64,000 nucleotides of DNA from Tagaea sp. GTDB lineage: Bacteria > Pseudomonadota > Alphaproteobacteria > CACIAM-22H2. Location of the stretch: the NCBI GenBank assembly GCA_965279525.1, contig CBDIIB010000005.1, positions 320,001-384,000 of the forward strand. Reading direction: 5' to 3'. Below the pieces are notes generated by a model. That model was not told the DNA's origin and made no database searches. It was given only the letters and a program-made list of their open reading frames with translations. Each line of letters begins with the position of its first letter. The first letter of the stretch is position 1. This document shows positions 37,771 through 47,549 of the stretch, one piece after another. Both the position numbers and the translations under genes were made by a program.

Positions 37771-38793
37771 TCAGGGAACTGCATCCGGTGGTGACAGCAG
37801 TACCGGGCCAGATTCGGTAGCAACTTGCTTGGCCGATAGGCATGCGAGCTTCTTCGCAACATCTTCAGGCCGAAGATGCGTGTAGCGAAACAGCATGCGC
37901 GGATCCCGGTGCCCGGAGATCAGGGCGACTTCGGGGATGCTCAACCCGGCTTCGAAGAACCGGCTAACAGCCTCGTGGCGCAGGTCGTGAAAATGTAGAT
38001 CCTCGATCCCAGCTCGACGCACTGCGCGATACCACCTCATTTGGATTGCCCTCGGACTCCACTCGAATATGCGATGCCCCTCTCTGCACGGAAGGCTCTG
38101 AAGGATAGCTACGGCAACAGGAGTAAGCGGGATAGTTCGAGGGTAACCGTTCTTGGCTTCCCTAACGACGAGGAGACTAGAGGCTAGATCAATATCGGTC
38201 GGCTCAAGTCGGACAAGCTCGCCCCTTCGCAGGCCGGTCTCCAGCGCGAACAAGACAAGGCCATGGAACTTGGGATCGAGGGCCGCCAGCAATAGCCGCA
38301 TTTCCCCAGGCGCTATTCGCCGTGTCCGATGCCTGCCTGCCGCAGGCTTGCGAACCTGAATGAGGGCATCCGCCATCGGCATCGACCATTCGCGATGGGC
38401 ATACCGCAGAATTGTCTGCAGCAAACCAAGCTCCCGCCGGACAGTCTCGGTCGAACACGCAGCTAGGCGGCGATCACGATATTGGGCAAGGCAGGAGGCC
38501 GGAATCTGATGCATGGGAAGATGCATCCATTTTTCTCGCAGCATGACCGCGAGTAGCCCCACGCAATTCTCTTCGCGCCGCATCGAGACGGCAACTTCGG
38601 TTCGATAGCGTTCGACTACGTCGATCAAGGGTGGGGCAGTCAGAACCAAGGCCTCCCCGAGGTCGACCCGACGCTCGTGGAGCCGCGCCCATTGCTGGGC
38701 ATCCTGACGTGTTGAAAAGGTCTTGCTGAGCTTGTGTCCTGCGCGACGGACCTGAACCTGGTACATCGAGCCGCGACGACGAATGGTAGCCAT
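37771..38793 (-). CDS. Tyrosine recombinase/integrase with N-terminal arm-binding domain
   Basis: MATIRRRG..YQVQVRR N-terminus; catalytic TGLRRGEL (R), AKNG (K), HDLRH (H-x-x-R), SGH and RYTHL (Y). Confidence 0.93.
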   Translation of the reverse strand: MATIRRRGSMYQVQVRRAGHKLSKTFSTRQDAQQWARLHERRVDLGEALVLTAPPLIDVVERYRTEVAVSMRREENCVGLLAVMLREKWMHLPMHQIPASCLAQYRDRRLAACSTETVRRELGLLQTILRYAHREWSMPMADALIQVRKPAAGRHRTRRIAPGEMRLLLAALDPKFHGLVLFALETGLRRGELVRLEPTDIDLASSLLVVREAKNGYPRTIPLTPVAVAILQSLPCREGHRIFEWSPRAIQMRWYRAVRRAGIEDLHFHDLRHEAVSRFFEAGLSIPEVALISGHRDPRMLFRYTHLRPEDVAKKLACLSAKQVATESGPVLLSPPDAVP

Positions 38794-38795
38794 GC

Positions 38796-38821
38796 TGTGA
38801 CACCCGTGTGACACGCGTGAC
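38796..38821. repeat. Putative integrase arm-type sites (TGTGACA x2 at 11-bp period plus a partial GTGAC)
   Basis: ctgtgacacccgtgtgacacgcgtgacc between the integrase start and the right att repeat. Confidence 0.6.
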
Positions 38822-38845
38822 CAGCAACCGGGCTAACCCTTTGAC

Positions 38846-38947
38846 AAAAAGAAAGGGCCGCGCCCGAAGGCACGGCCCAAGTTTAGGGAGGAAACGCCCA
38901 CGAAACGGCCCGGAGGCCATTTCGAGCTGCGACAAATCAATGTCGCA
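38846..38947 (-). ncRNA. SuhB/MmgR (alpha-r8)-family small RNA, promoter-retaining copy; lies within the right att repeat 38843-38947
   Basis: Minus strand: hairpin CGAAATGGCC-TCCG-GGCCGTTTCG, UUUCCUCCCU decamer, ACTTGGGCCG terminator stem and U-tract; TTGTGCA heptamer just upstream. 5' end approximate. Confidence 0.8.
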
Positions 38948-39103
38948 CTGCACAATTTAATTGTTGCGGCGCAAAAATCAAGGGCAATTATGCGGTGACC
39001 ATCTGAAATCTCATGATTAATTTGTAGTACTTCGATTATCCACCTGATTTATTTGTGCTATTCGAGGCCCTCTCAGACCCCCTCCCTTGCCGCAATGCAG
39101 CAT
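38948..39103. promoter_or_regulatory. AT-rich divergent promoter region (sRNA / mlaE) with TTGTGCA heptamer and TGC-GCA-rich motifs
   Basis: TGCACAA at 38949-38955; TTGCGGCGCAA and TGCCGCAATGCAGCA motifs resemble PhaR/AniA-type operators (inference). Confidence 0.45.
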
Positions 39104-39188
39104 ACAGAAATACGAATGTAGAGGATCAGCGACGCTCCAAGGGACGGCTTGCCCTTGCTGCGGCCCGGCTTCAAGAATGGGTGGACGC

Positions 39189-40358
39189 ATGGAGTCGGGA
39201 CGGATGGACGGGGACCGCACACAGCGCGGCGATGCCGGCTGGGCGCGCAGCCGCTTGGAAGGGTCCGCCGCCGTCGTGGCGCTCGGCGGGCGCTGGACAC
39301 TTGCGCACGCGCGCACGCTCGAGGAAACGCTCGGCCGCATCGACACGAAAGGTGCGGCGGCGCTGCGCATCGACTTTTCCGATGTCGCGGCGATCGACAC
39401 CGGCGGTGCATGGCTGCTGCACCGGCAAATCCTGCGCTGGCAGGAAGCCGGCGGCGAGATCGAGCTTGTCCGCGCGAACCATGCCCAGACCGCCCTGCTC
39501 GAGCGCATGTCGATCGAGAACGAGGTCCGCATGTCGCTGGCACGCCCCGGCGAAGGGGCGATGCGCGAACTCGTCATCCGGACCGGCGAGGCGACGGTCG
39601 ATATGGCGCGCGAGGCCCATGCGCTGCTGTCGTTCGTCGGCGCCGTCTTCTCGGCGTGGGGCCGCGCCTGGCGCAGGCCCGGCCGCATCCGCCTGACGAG
39701 TACCGTCTTCCACATCGAGCGCATCGGCATCGACGCACTGCCGATCATGGGGCTGCTGGCATACCTGATCGGCGTCGTTCTCGCGTTCCAGGGCGCCGAC
39801 CAGCTTCGCCAGTACGGCGCGGAAGTTTTCACGATCAACCTGCTGGGCGTGTCGATCCTGCGCGAGATCGGCGTGCTGATCACCGCGATCATGGTCGCCG
39901 GGCGCACGGGCAGCGCCTTCGCCGCCGAGATCGGGACGATGAAGGTGAACCAGGAAGTCGACGCCATGCGCACGATCGGCCTCGATCCGATGGAAACGCT
40001 CGTCATGCCGCGCCTGTTCGCGCTGGCGATCGCCCTGCCGCTTCTGGTTTTCTTCGCCAACGCGATGGCGCTTGCCGGCGGTGCCACGATGGTCATCGTC
40101 GGGCTCGACCTGTCGCTGCCGCAGTTCTTCGAACAGCTTGCCGCAGCGGTCACGTTTTCCACGTTCCTCGTCGGCATGATCAAGGCGCCGGTCTTTGCGG
40201 TGCTGATCGGCATGGTCGCATGCTACGAAGGACTGAAGGTTTCAGGATCGGCCGAAAGCGTGGGCATCCACACCACGCGTTCGGTCGTCAAATCGATCTT
40301 CCTGGTCATCCTGTTCGACGCCGCCTTCTCGATCTTTTTCTCGCAGATCGGCCTATGA
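39189..40358 (+). CDS. mlaE: MlaE-family ABC permease with N-terminal STAS domain
   Basis: DTGGAWL STAS motif; REIGVLITAIMVAGRTGSAFAAEIGTMKV. Confidence 0.9.
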   Translation: MESGRMDGDRTQRGDAGWARSRLEGSAAVVALGGRWTLAHARTLEETLGRIDTKGAAALRIDFSDVAAIDTGGAWLLHRQILRWQEAGGEIELVRANHAQTALLERMSIENEVRMSLARPGEGAMRELVIRTGEATVDMAREAHALLSFVGAVFSAWGRAWRRPGRIRLTSTVFHIERIGIDALPIMGLLAYLIGVVLAFQGADQLRQYGAEVFTINLLGVSILREIGVLITAIMVAGRTGSAFAAEIGTMKVNQEVDAMRTIGLDPMETLVMPRLFALAIALPLLVFFANAMALAGGATMVIVGLDLSLPQFFEQLAAAVTFSTFLVGMIKAPVFAVLIGMVACYEGLKVSGSAESVGIHTTRSVVKSIFLVILFDAAFSIFFSQIGL

Positions 40359-41155
40359 GCGAACCCGTCATCCGCGTCCGCAATCTCGTCACCCGCTTCG
40401 GCGCGCAGACGATCCATGACGGCGTCAATCTGGAAGTCCGGCGCGGCGAGATCCTCGCGATCGTCGGCGGCTCGGGAACCGGCAAGTCCGTCCTGCTGCG
40501 CACGATCCTGGGACTGAAGGCACCGGACGGCGGCACGGTCGAGGTGCTCGGCAAGAACCTCTCCGCACTCGACGACGACGCGCGGCGGCCGGTGCTCAAG
40601 CGCATGGGTGTCCTGTTCCAGGATGGCGCGCTGTTCAGCGCGCGCACCGTGGCCCAGAACATCCGGCTCCCCTTCTCGGAGCATACCGACCTCGACCACC
40701 GGCTGGTCACCCAGCTCATCCGCGTCAAGCTCGCGATGGTCGGGCTGCCGCAGGAGGCCGGCGCCAAGATCCCGGCCGAGCTGTCGGGCGGCATGCGCAA
40801 GCGCGCGGGACTGGCGCGCGCCATCGCCCTCGACCCCGACGTCCTGTTCCTCGACGAACCGACCGCCGGTCTCGACCCGATCGGGGCGGCGAAGTTCGAC
40901 GAGCTGATCCGCGACCTGCAGCGCTCGCTTTCGCTCAGCGTCGTGATGATCACGCACGACGTCGACACGCTCTGCGCGATCGCCGACCGCATCGCGGTCC
41001 TGCTCGACAAGAAGATGGTCGTCGGAACGCTGGACGAAATCCGCGCCTACCCCCATCCTTGGGTCCACGAGTACTTTTCCGGCCCGCGCGGACGCGCGGC
41101 GCAGACCGGGCGCTACGAGCCGGACGAAAAGACTTCGGACAGGAAGGACGCCTAG
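40355..41155 (+). CDS. mlaF: MlaF-family ABC ATPase
   Basis: GGSGTGKS, LSGGMRKR and DEPTAGLDP motifs. Confidence 0.9.
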   Translation: MSEPVIRVRNLVTRFGAQTIHDGVNLEVRRGEILAIVGGSGTGKSVLLRTILGLKAPDGGTVEVLGKNLSALDDDARRPVLKRMGVLFQDGALFSARTVAQNIRLPFSEHTDLDHRLVTQLIRVKLAMVGLPQEAGAKIPAELSGGMRKRAGLARAIALDPDVLFLDEPTAGLDPIGAAKFDELIRDLQRSLSLSVVMITHDVDTLCAIADRIAVLLDKKMVVGTLDEIRAYPHPWVHEYFSGPRGRAAQTGRYEPDEKTSDRKDA

Positions 41156-41157
41156 AG

Positions 41158-42141
41158 TTGGAAACGCGCGCCAATCATTTTCTCGTCGGCTGCTTCGTCC
41201 TGGCGCTGCTTGCGGGAGTCTTCGCCGCCGGCACCTGGTTCGCCCGGGCCAATCTCGGCGACGAGAGCACCTACTACTACACCTACTTCCGCGGCGCCGT
41301 GACCGGGCTGTCCCTGGGCTCGACCGTGCGCTACCGCGGCGTGCCGGTCGGCACGGTGTCGGACATCGCGATCGACGACCAGAACCTCGAACTCATCCAG
41401 GTCACGTTGGCGCTGCGCCCCGACACGCCCGTCCGGACCGACACGGTCGCGGGCCTGCAGCCGCAGGGCATCACGGGGCTTTCGTTCATCCAGCTCTCGG
41501 GCGGAACGCAGGCGGCCGAGCCGCTTCGCCCCCGTCCCGGCCGCCGGCGCGCGGTGATCCCGTCCATACCCTCGCCGCTCGACAAGATCATGAGCGATGC
41601 GCCCCTCGTCGTGGCGCGCGTGGCCGAACTCGCCGAGCGCATCACGGCCATGCTCAACGAGGAGAACGCCAAGAACATCGACCGGTTGATCGACAATTCG
41701 GCGGATGCGGCGGCAAGCCTCGCGCGCGCGATGCTCGGCATCGAGACCTTCGCCGGCAACATCGACCAGACGCTCAAGAACGTCGATCGCACGCTCGCCA
41801 ACGTCGACGGGCTGGCCGTCGACGCGCGGGCACTGATCGGCGAGGCGAACAGGCTTACTCGTTCGGCCGGAACGCTGACGCCGCAGGCCAATGCCATGAT
41901 CGAGGAAGTCCGGCGGACCGCCGGCAGCTTCGGCAGGGTCGCGGACGAGCTCGAGAAGATCGCTTCGGTGACCCGGCCCGGCGTCCAGGATTTCGGGCAG
42001 GCCGGGCTCTACGAAGTGCAGCAGTTCATGCTCGAAGGCCGTGCGCTCATGACGACGATAAACCGTGTCGTGACGAATTTCGAACGCGACCCGGCGCGCT
42101 TCCTGTTCGGCGACCAGCAGAAGGGACTAGAGGCGAAATGA
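41158..42141 (+). CDS. mlaD: MlaD/MCE-family protein
   Basis: TTG start METRANHFLVG; VTGLSLGSTVRYRGVPVG MCE motif. Confidence 0.88.
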   Translation: METRANHFLVGCFVLALLAGVFAAGTWFARANLGDESTYYYTYFRGAVTGLSLGSTVRYRGVPVGTVSDIAIDDQNLELIQVTLALRPDTPVRTDTVAGLQPQGITGLSFIQLSGGTQAAEPLRPRPGRRRAVIPSIPSPLDKIMSDAPLVVARVAELAERITAMLNEENAKNIDRLIDNSADAAASLARAMLGIETFAGNIDQTLKNVDRTLANVDGLAVDARALIGEANRLTRSAGTLTPQANAMIEEVRRTAGSFGRVADELEKIASVTRPGVQDFGQAGLYEVQQFMLEGRALMTTINRVVTNFERDPARFLFGDQQKGLEAK

Positions 42142-42770
42142 CCGGCACGGCAAGCAGACTGGCACGGCGCGGTTTTCTCGGGCTCGGGGCGGGGGCTCTC
42201 GGCGCGTGCGCGCTGCCCGGCACCGGCGAGCCGCCGCGGCTTTTCACGCTGACGCCGAAATCGACGTTCGCCGCCGATCTGCCGCGCGTCGACTGGCAGC
42301 TCGCGATCGAGGCACCCGTGGCGCCGGGCGGCATCGACACGACGCGCATCGCCGTGCAGCGCACGCCGCTGACGCTCGACTATTTCGCCCGCGCCGCCTG
42401 GACCGATACGGCACCGCGCATGGTCCAGACGCTGCTGCTTGAAAGCTTCGAGAACACCGGCAAGCTCGTCGCGGTCGGGCGGGAATCATCGAGCCTGCGG
42501 CCGGACTACCTGCTGAAGGTCGATCTGCGCGAATTCCAGGCGGAGTTCCGCGGGGCGGCCGCACCGGTCGCGCGCGTGCGCCTGTCGGTCAGGCTCGTGC
42601 GCCTGCCCGAACGCACGGTCGTCGCGAGTTTCGCGCACGAGGGGATCGAGCCGGCCGCCGGACCGGAGATCGAGAAGGTCGTCGTGGCGTTCGACAACGC
42701 GCTCGGCTCGGTGTTGCGGCGTGTCGCGGAATGGACGCTGCGCACCGGGACGTCGCGCCCGCGGGGCTAG
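42138..42770 (+). CDS. ABC-type transport auxiliary lipoprotein (PqiC-like)
   Basis: RRGFL and LGAC lipobox; last gene of the mla-type operon. Confidence 0.85.
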   Translation: MTGTASRLARRGFLGLGAGALGACALPGTGEPPRLFTLTPKSTFAADLPRVDWQLAIEAPVAPGGIDTTRIAVQRTPLTLDYFARAAWTDTAPRMVQTLLLESFENTGKLVAVGRESSSLRPDYLLKVDLREFQAEFRGAAAPVARVRLSVRLVRLPERTVVASFAHEGIEPAAGPEIEKVVVAFDNALGSVLRRVAEWTLRTGTSRPRG

Positions 42771-42777
42771 GCCCCGT

Positions 42778-43155
42778 TCAGGCCCGCATCCGGTTTTCGA
42801 TCGCGTCGCCGTCTTTGGGCCATTTGGCCCAGTCCGCCGGGCCCAGCCCGTATTTGTTTACATGCGCACGCGCGGCACCGGCGCCGACAAGCGTCACGAC
42901 CACCGCTTCGTGGCCGCGGGCGCACGCGTACATCAGCGCCGTGTTGCCGAACGCGTCGGGCGCGTCGACGGCCGCCCCGCGCGCCAGCAGCAGGTCGACC
43001 GCCTGTGCCTGGCCGCGCGCGGCCGCGCGCATCAAAGCCGTCAGCCCGCCGGCACCCGGTGCATCGGGACCGCCGCCGGTCGGATCGTCGAGGAGCCGGC
43101 CGATCGCCGCCAGGTCGCCGGCCTCGGCCGCGCGGATGAGCGCGTTCTTTTCCAT
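42778..43155 (-). CDS. Ankyrin repeat protein
   Basis: GLTALMRAAARG and GNTALMYACARGH repeats. Confidence 0.85.
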   Translation of the reverse strand: MEKNALIRAAEAGDLAAIGRLLDDPTGGGPDAPGAGGLTALMRAAARGQAQAVDLLLARGAAVDAPDAFGNTALMYACARGHEAVVVTLVGAGAARAHVNKYGLGPADWAKWPKDGDAIENRMRA

Positions 43156-43258
43156 TCGAGGGCTAGGGAGCCCGATGCGGGCGGCTGCGTCAAGCACCGC
43201 TTGCGCAAGGTGCTGCCATCGGCGAACGTGCCGCATCCCAGCCACGCCGGAGACAGAC

Positions 43259-43528
43259 ATGCAGAGCGTTGCCGAGCGCATGCGCGCCAAGATCGAAGCC
43301 GCCTTCGCACCCGACGACTTCAAGATCACCGACGATTCGCACAAGCACGCCGGCCACGCCGGTGCCCGTCCCGGCGGCGAATCGCATTTCACGGTGTCGA
43401 TCGTCTCGGCCGCATTCGCCGGCAAGAGCCGCGTCGACCGCCAGCGGCTCGTGCACGCGGCGTTGGCCGACGAACTAGCAGGCCCGGTCCACGCCCTCGC
43501 TCTCGTCCTGCGTGCACCGGGCGAGTAA
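43259..43528 (+). CDS. bolA: BolA-family protein
   Basis: DDSHKHAGH, GGESHF, SRVDRQRLV and VHALAL motifs. Confidence 0.92.
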   Translation: MQSVAERMRAKIEAAFAPDDFKITDDSHKHAGHAGARPGGESHFTVSIVSAAFAGKSRVDRQRLVHAALADELAGPVHALALVLRAPGE

Positions 43529-43625
43529 CGCTGAAGCCTGCCGGCGCGGATTCTGCTCGACGGCCATACTACTTTAATGATATTTTTCTTTTTAGTTATT
43601 AAACCCTGAATATTCGGCGGCCGCG

Positions 43626-43880
43626 ATGGAACCCAAGCATCCCCGCAATATCCGGATCGAAGGCCAGCGCACGAGCATGCGTCTGGAAAGCAAGTTCTGG
43701 CTCGCACTCGCCGAGATCGCCGAGCGCTCGGGCATCAGCGTCCCGGCCCTTTGCGAGCGCATCCTGCGCGACGCGCATCGCGGCAACCGGACGTCGGCGA
43801 TCCGGGTCTTCGTGCTGAACTGGTTCCGTCTCGCGCGCACGCCCCACCACCCCCGGCGGCGGCGGCCGCTGCGGCACTAG
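43626..43880 (+). CDS. Ribbon-helix-helix domain protein (RHH_4)
   Basis: RTSMRLE..FW.AL.EIA...SAIRVFVL pattern. Confidence 0.85.
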   Translation: MEPKHPRNIRIEGQRTSMRLESKFWLALAEIAERSGISVPALCERILRDAHRGNRTSAIRVFVLNWFRLARTPHHPRRRRPLRH

Positions 43881-44428
43881 GTCGGTCCGGTATAGTGCCG
43901 GGGATAGTGTTCGCGCACGACCGGGCCGTCGCTGGCAAGCGCGTGGCAGGTGTCGAGGTGGTTCGGCTTCCTTTCCGACTTCGGCCTGTCGGCCGCGCGC
44001 ATCGGGAAGATCGTCTGGATGGCGGCGGTCGCCATGGCACCCAGCGCCAGTTCGACCAGGTGCGTGCAGCCCTGCACGCCGCCGAGCTTCTCCTTGACCT
44101 GGCCGTACCAGCCCTTGCCGATGCGCATGCCGACCAGCTTGCGGAATTCCGGCACGATCGCCGGACAGATCTCGAACGGGCTGTTGTCGGTCGCGGCCGC
44201 GACGTCGTGGACGAGAAGATCGTCGTCGAGCGTCAGGCGCAGCCACATCTCGTGGATGGGAACGCCGGGATGCACGGTCCCGCGCCACGCGTTCTCGAAC
44301 GGATAGGCCTTCGTGTCGACGAGATAGCCTTCGATGTCCCACAGCCCGTCGTCGCGCCGGAAGCCGTTGCACTCGATGCGTCTGGTATGGATCGGCTTGC
44401 GCGGGGCGGCGGGCGGGGGCAGCGGCAT
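43877..44428 (-). CDS. DUF2889-family protein
   Basis: HTRRIEC.GFRRDDGLWDIEG, GCTHL and DTCHAL motifs. Confidence 0.85.
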   Translation of the reverse strand: MPLPPPAAPRKPIHTRRIECNGFRRDDGLWDIEGYLVDTKAYPFENAWRGTVHPGVPIHEMWLRLTLDDDLLVHDVAAATDNSPFEICPAIVPEFRKLVGMRIGKGWYGQVKEKLGGVQGCTHLVELALGAMATAAIQTIFPMRAADRPKSERKPNHLDTCHALASDGPVVREHYPRHYTGPT

Positions 44429-44495
44429 GGGAAGCGGTCTCCGGGCGGGGTTGCCGCCCGATGATCGCGCGTCCGCGGACCGAACGCAAAAGCCT

Positions 44496-44948
44496 TCAGG
44501 TCAGCCCGTAGCCGGCCGAACCCGAAATGAACGCGTCGCGTTCCTTGAGCCCTTCCTCGAGCTCGCCAAGGGCGGTCGAGTAGAGATCGCGCACCGAAAC
44601 CATGCCGATCAGCCGGCCCGCGTCCATCACCGGCAGGTGGCGGTAGCCGCGCTTGCGCATCATGTCGAGTGCGGCGAACGCCGTCTCGTCCGGGCCGATC
44701 GTGTCGGGATCGCGCGTCATCACTTCGGCAAGGCGGAGCGTGTCGGGGTCGCGCTTCATGGCGACGACCTTCGAGAGCAGGTCGCGCTCGGTGAAGATCC
44801 CGACCAGCCGCGCCCCGTCGATCACCATCACGGCGCCGATGCGCCGCTGGGCCATCGCCAGGGCTGCTTCGCGGACGGTCATGTTTGCACTGGCCGTGGC
44901 CAGGTTCTGGGTCCCGGAAATTACGTCGGGCACGATCTTGCGGATCAT
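44496..44948 (-). CDS. CBS-domain protein
   Basis: LVGIFTERD and RHLPV...GMVSVRDL motifs. Confidence 0.88.
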   Translation of the reverse strand: MIRKIVPDVISGTQNLATASANMTVREAALAMAQRRIGAVMVIDGARLVGIFTERDLLSKVVAMKRDPDTLRLAEVMTRDPDTIGPDETAFAALDMMRKRGYRHLPVMDAGRLIGMVSVRDLYSTALGELEEGLKERDAFISGSAGYGLT

Positions 44949-45069
44949 CTGTTTCTCCCTTCGTCGGACTGTCGCCACGTCGAGGGACGGTCTTGCGCCG
45001 CCTTTGGACATGATGATAGCGCCCGGAAGGGCGGCATTGGCAAGTCCAGAGTCAGGGGCAAGCCCCGAG

Positions 45070-46440
45070 TCAGGCGACCGATTCGGGTGCCGATTCAGCG
45101 GCCTTGGCTGCAGACGGCACCTTTTGCGTCGCCGCATCCGCGATGACGCTGATGCGCAGCGTCGCGACCTGATTTCTCTTGCGGCGCAATATCTCGAAGC
45201 GCAGCCCGTGGAACAGGAAAACCTGGCCCACCTCGGGGATCCGGCGCGACTCGTAGAGGACCAGTCCCGCGATCGTCGCGGCGTCGGCGTCGGGCAGGCG
45301 CCAGTCGAACTGGCGGTTGATGTCGCGGATCGTCACGCTGCCGTCCACGACGAAGCTGCCGTCGGTCTGCGGGCGCACGCCGGGCACGCGGAACTCGTGC
45401 TTCTCGTCGATGTCCCCGACGATCTCCTCGAGGATGTCCTCCAGCGTCACGACGCCCATCAGCCCGCCATACTCGTCCACGACAAGCGCGAAATGCTCGC
45501 GCCGGCGGCGGAACGCCTCGAGCTGGTCGAGCAGGCTGGTCGAGTCCGGGATGAACCAGGGTCGCGTGGCGATCTGGGTGATGTCGATCGTGGACGGATC
45601 GCCGCCGTTGGCACGAAGCGCGGAAAGCAGCGCCTTGGCATGCAGCACGCCCACCACGTTGTCCGGCGTTCCGCGCCAGAGCGGGATGCGCGTATGCGGG
45701 CTCGACAACGCCTGCTCGAGGATCGCTTCGGGCTTCTGGTCGGCGTCGATCGCCACGACGAGCCGGCGATGGACCATGATGTCCGACACGCTGACGTCGG
45801 CAAGGTCCAGCACCGAGCGCAGCATCTGGCGCTCCTTGCGCACCGTGGCGTCGCGGTGGGCGGCCCCGTGCAGTTCGATGGCGCCGCGAAGCTCCTCGGC
45901 GGCCGCTTCGGCTTCCTCGTCGGCTTCCCGCACGCGCACGCCCAGCAGCCAAAGCATGCCGCGGGCGGCGCCGCCGGTCGCATTGGCAAGCGGCGACAGG
46001 ACGGCGACCATGCCGCGCGCGAAGGGGGCAAGGATCAGCGCCACGCGGTCGGCATGCGCGAAGGCCCAGAGCTTGGGCATCACCTCGCCGAAGACGACGA
46101 CCAGAACGGTCATGATGACGGTCGCGTAGAGCACGCCGGCGTCGCCGAAGAGCGCGATGAGGGCGCTCGTCGTCAGGGCCGATCCCAGGATGTTGACGAG
46201 GTTGTTGCCGAGCAGCACGGCGCTGATGAACTTGTCGCGCTGGACGCGCAGGCGGTTGACGAGGCCGGCCCGCTTCGACCCGCGGCGCTCCATCTCGGCC
46301 AGCCGCGGACGCGAAGCCGACGTGATCGACGTCTCGACGGCCGAAAGCAGGGCCGCGATCACAAGCAGCGTCAGAACGGCCGCGATCGTGAACCAGCCGG
46401 GAAGATCGGGAAACTCGAAGCTCATGCCGTCCATGCTCAT
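45070..46440 (-). CDS. HlyC/CorC (CNNM) family transporter
   Basis: LLGNNLVNI, GEVMPK, VVDEYG and DILEEIVGDI motifs plus CorC domain. Confidence 0.9.
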   Translation of the reverse strand: MSMDGMSFEFPDLPGWFTIAAVLTLLVIAALLSAVETSITSASRPRLAEMERRGSKRAGLVNRLRVQRDKFISAVLLGNNLVNILGSALTTSALIALFGDAGVLYATVIMTVLVVVFGEVMPKLWAFAHADRVALILAPFARGMVAVLSPLANATGGAARGMLWLLGVRVREADEEAEAAAEELRGAIELHGAAHRDATVRKERQMLRSVLDLADVSVSDIMVHRRLVVAIDADQKPEAILEQALSSPHTRIPLWRGTPDNVVGVLHAKALLSALRANGGDPSTIDITQIATRPWFIPDSTSLLDQLEAFRRRREHFALVVDEYGGLMGVVTLEDILEEIVGDIDEKHEFRVPGVRPQTDGSFVVDGSVTIRDINRQFDWRLPDADAATIAGLVLYESRRIPEVGQVFLFHGLRFEILRRKRNQVATLRISVIADAATQKVPSAAKAAESAPESVA

Positions 46441-47549
46441 GCCGCGGCCTCTTCGGCCAACATATCGCGCACGCGCGCGATGTCGACGCCGGTCGCGACG
46501 AACGACCTGCCGATGCCGCGCGCGAGGATGAACGTGACCTTGCCGTCGCGCACCTTCTTGTCGTGTCCCATATGGACGACGAGATCGTCGGCGCGCCAGG
46601 CGCGCTGTCGGGCGAGGCCGACCGGCAGGCCGGTCGCGTCCAGATGCCGGCGCACGCGCACCGCATCGTCCGACGGGCAGAAGCCGAGGCGGACGGACAG
46701 GTCGAAGGCCATGCGCATGCCGATCGCCACGGCCTCGCCGTGCAGCAGTTCGGCACCAAAGCCGGTCTCGGCTTCGAGCGCGTGACCGAACGTGTGGCCC
46801 AGATTGAGGAGGGCGCGCACGCCGTTCTCGCGCTCGTCGGCGGCGACGATGCGCGCCTTGGCGCGGCACGACACGGCCACCGCATGCGCGCGAAGCGCCA
46901 CGTCGCCCGCAAGCATCTCAGCCGAATTTTTCTCGCACCAGTCGAAGAAACCCGGCTCGTCGATCAGGCCGTACTTCACCACTTCGGCGTAGCCGGCGAG
47001 GAGTTCGCGCTGGGGCAGCGTGTCGAGCGTACCAAGGTCGCACAGCACGAGGCGTGGCTGGTGGAAGGCGCCGATCAGGTTCTTGCCATGGCGCGTGTTG
47101 ACGCCGGTCTTGCCGCCGACCGAACTGTCGACCTGGGAGAGCAGCGTCGTCGGGCACTGGACGAAATCCACGCCGCGCAGGAGCAGCGAGGCGGCGACAC
47201 CCGTCATGTCGCCGACCACGCCGCCGCCAAGGGCCAGCAGCAGGTCGCCGCGCTCGGGCCGGCGTTCGAGGATGCGGTCGAGCAGCACGCCCAGATGCGC
47301 GAAATCCTTCGACGTCTCGCCGGGGGCCTGGAGGAACGTCTCGCTCGCGATCCCCGCCTTGGCGAGGCCCGCTTCGAGGCGCGGCAGGTGGGCCGCCGCC
47401 ACACGCGTGTCGCTGACGACGAAGACGCGCCGGACGGCGCGTACCGCACGGATCGACTCGCCCGCGGTCTCGAGCAGGCCGTTGCCGATCAGGATGTCGT
47501 AGCCGCGCTCGCCAAGTTCGACGCGCACGCGTTCGGTCGAACCGCTCAT
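46437..47549 (-). CDS. aroB: 3-dehydroquinate synthase
   Basis: [24 protein letters not shown] and [12 protein letters not shown] motifs. Confidence 0.96.
   Translation of the reverse strand: MSGSTERVRVELGERGYDILIGNGLLETAGESIRAVRAVRRVFVVSDTRVAAAHLPRLEAGLAKAGIASETFLQAPGETSKDFAHLGVLLDRILERRPERGDLLLALGGGVVGDMTGVAASLLLRGVDFVQCPTTLLSQVDSSVGGKTGVNTRHGKNLIGAFHQPRLVLCDLGTLDTLPQRELLAGYAEVVKYGLIDEPGFFDWCEKNSAEMLAGDVALRAHAVAVSCRAKARIVAADERENGVRALLNLGHTFGHALEAETGFGAELLHGEAVAIGMRMAFDLSVRLGFCPSDDAVRVRRHLDATGLPVGLARQRAWRADDLVVHMGHDKKVRDGKVTFILARGIGRSFVATGVDIARVRDMLAEEAAA

Larger units (their letters stand above)
28468..38947. mobile_element. Integrative element/genomic island (10,375 bp repeat-to-repeat) inserted at a SuhB/MmgR-type sRNA
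   Basis: Perfect 105-bp direct repeats (28468-28572, 38843-38947); tyrosine integrase adjacent to the right repeat; abrupt drop in GC and changed codon usage between the repeats. Confidence 0.92.

Noticed and set aside
28468-38947. Prophage or conjugative element
   Set aside because: No capsid, terminase, tail, relaxase or T4SS genes are visible in the 10.4-kb element.
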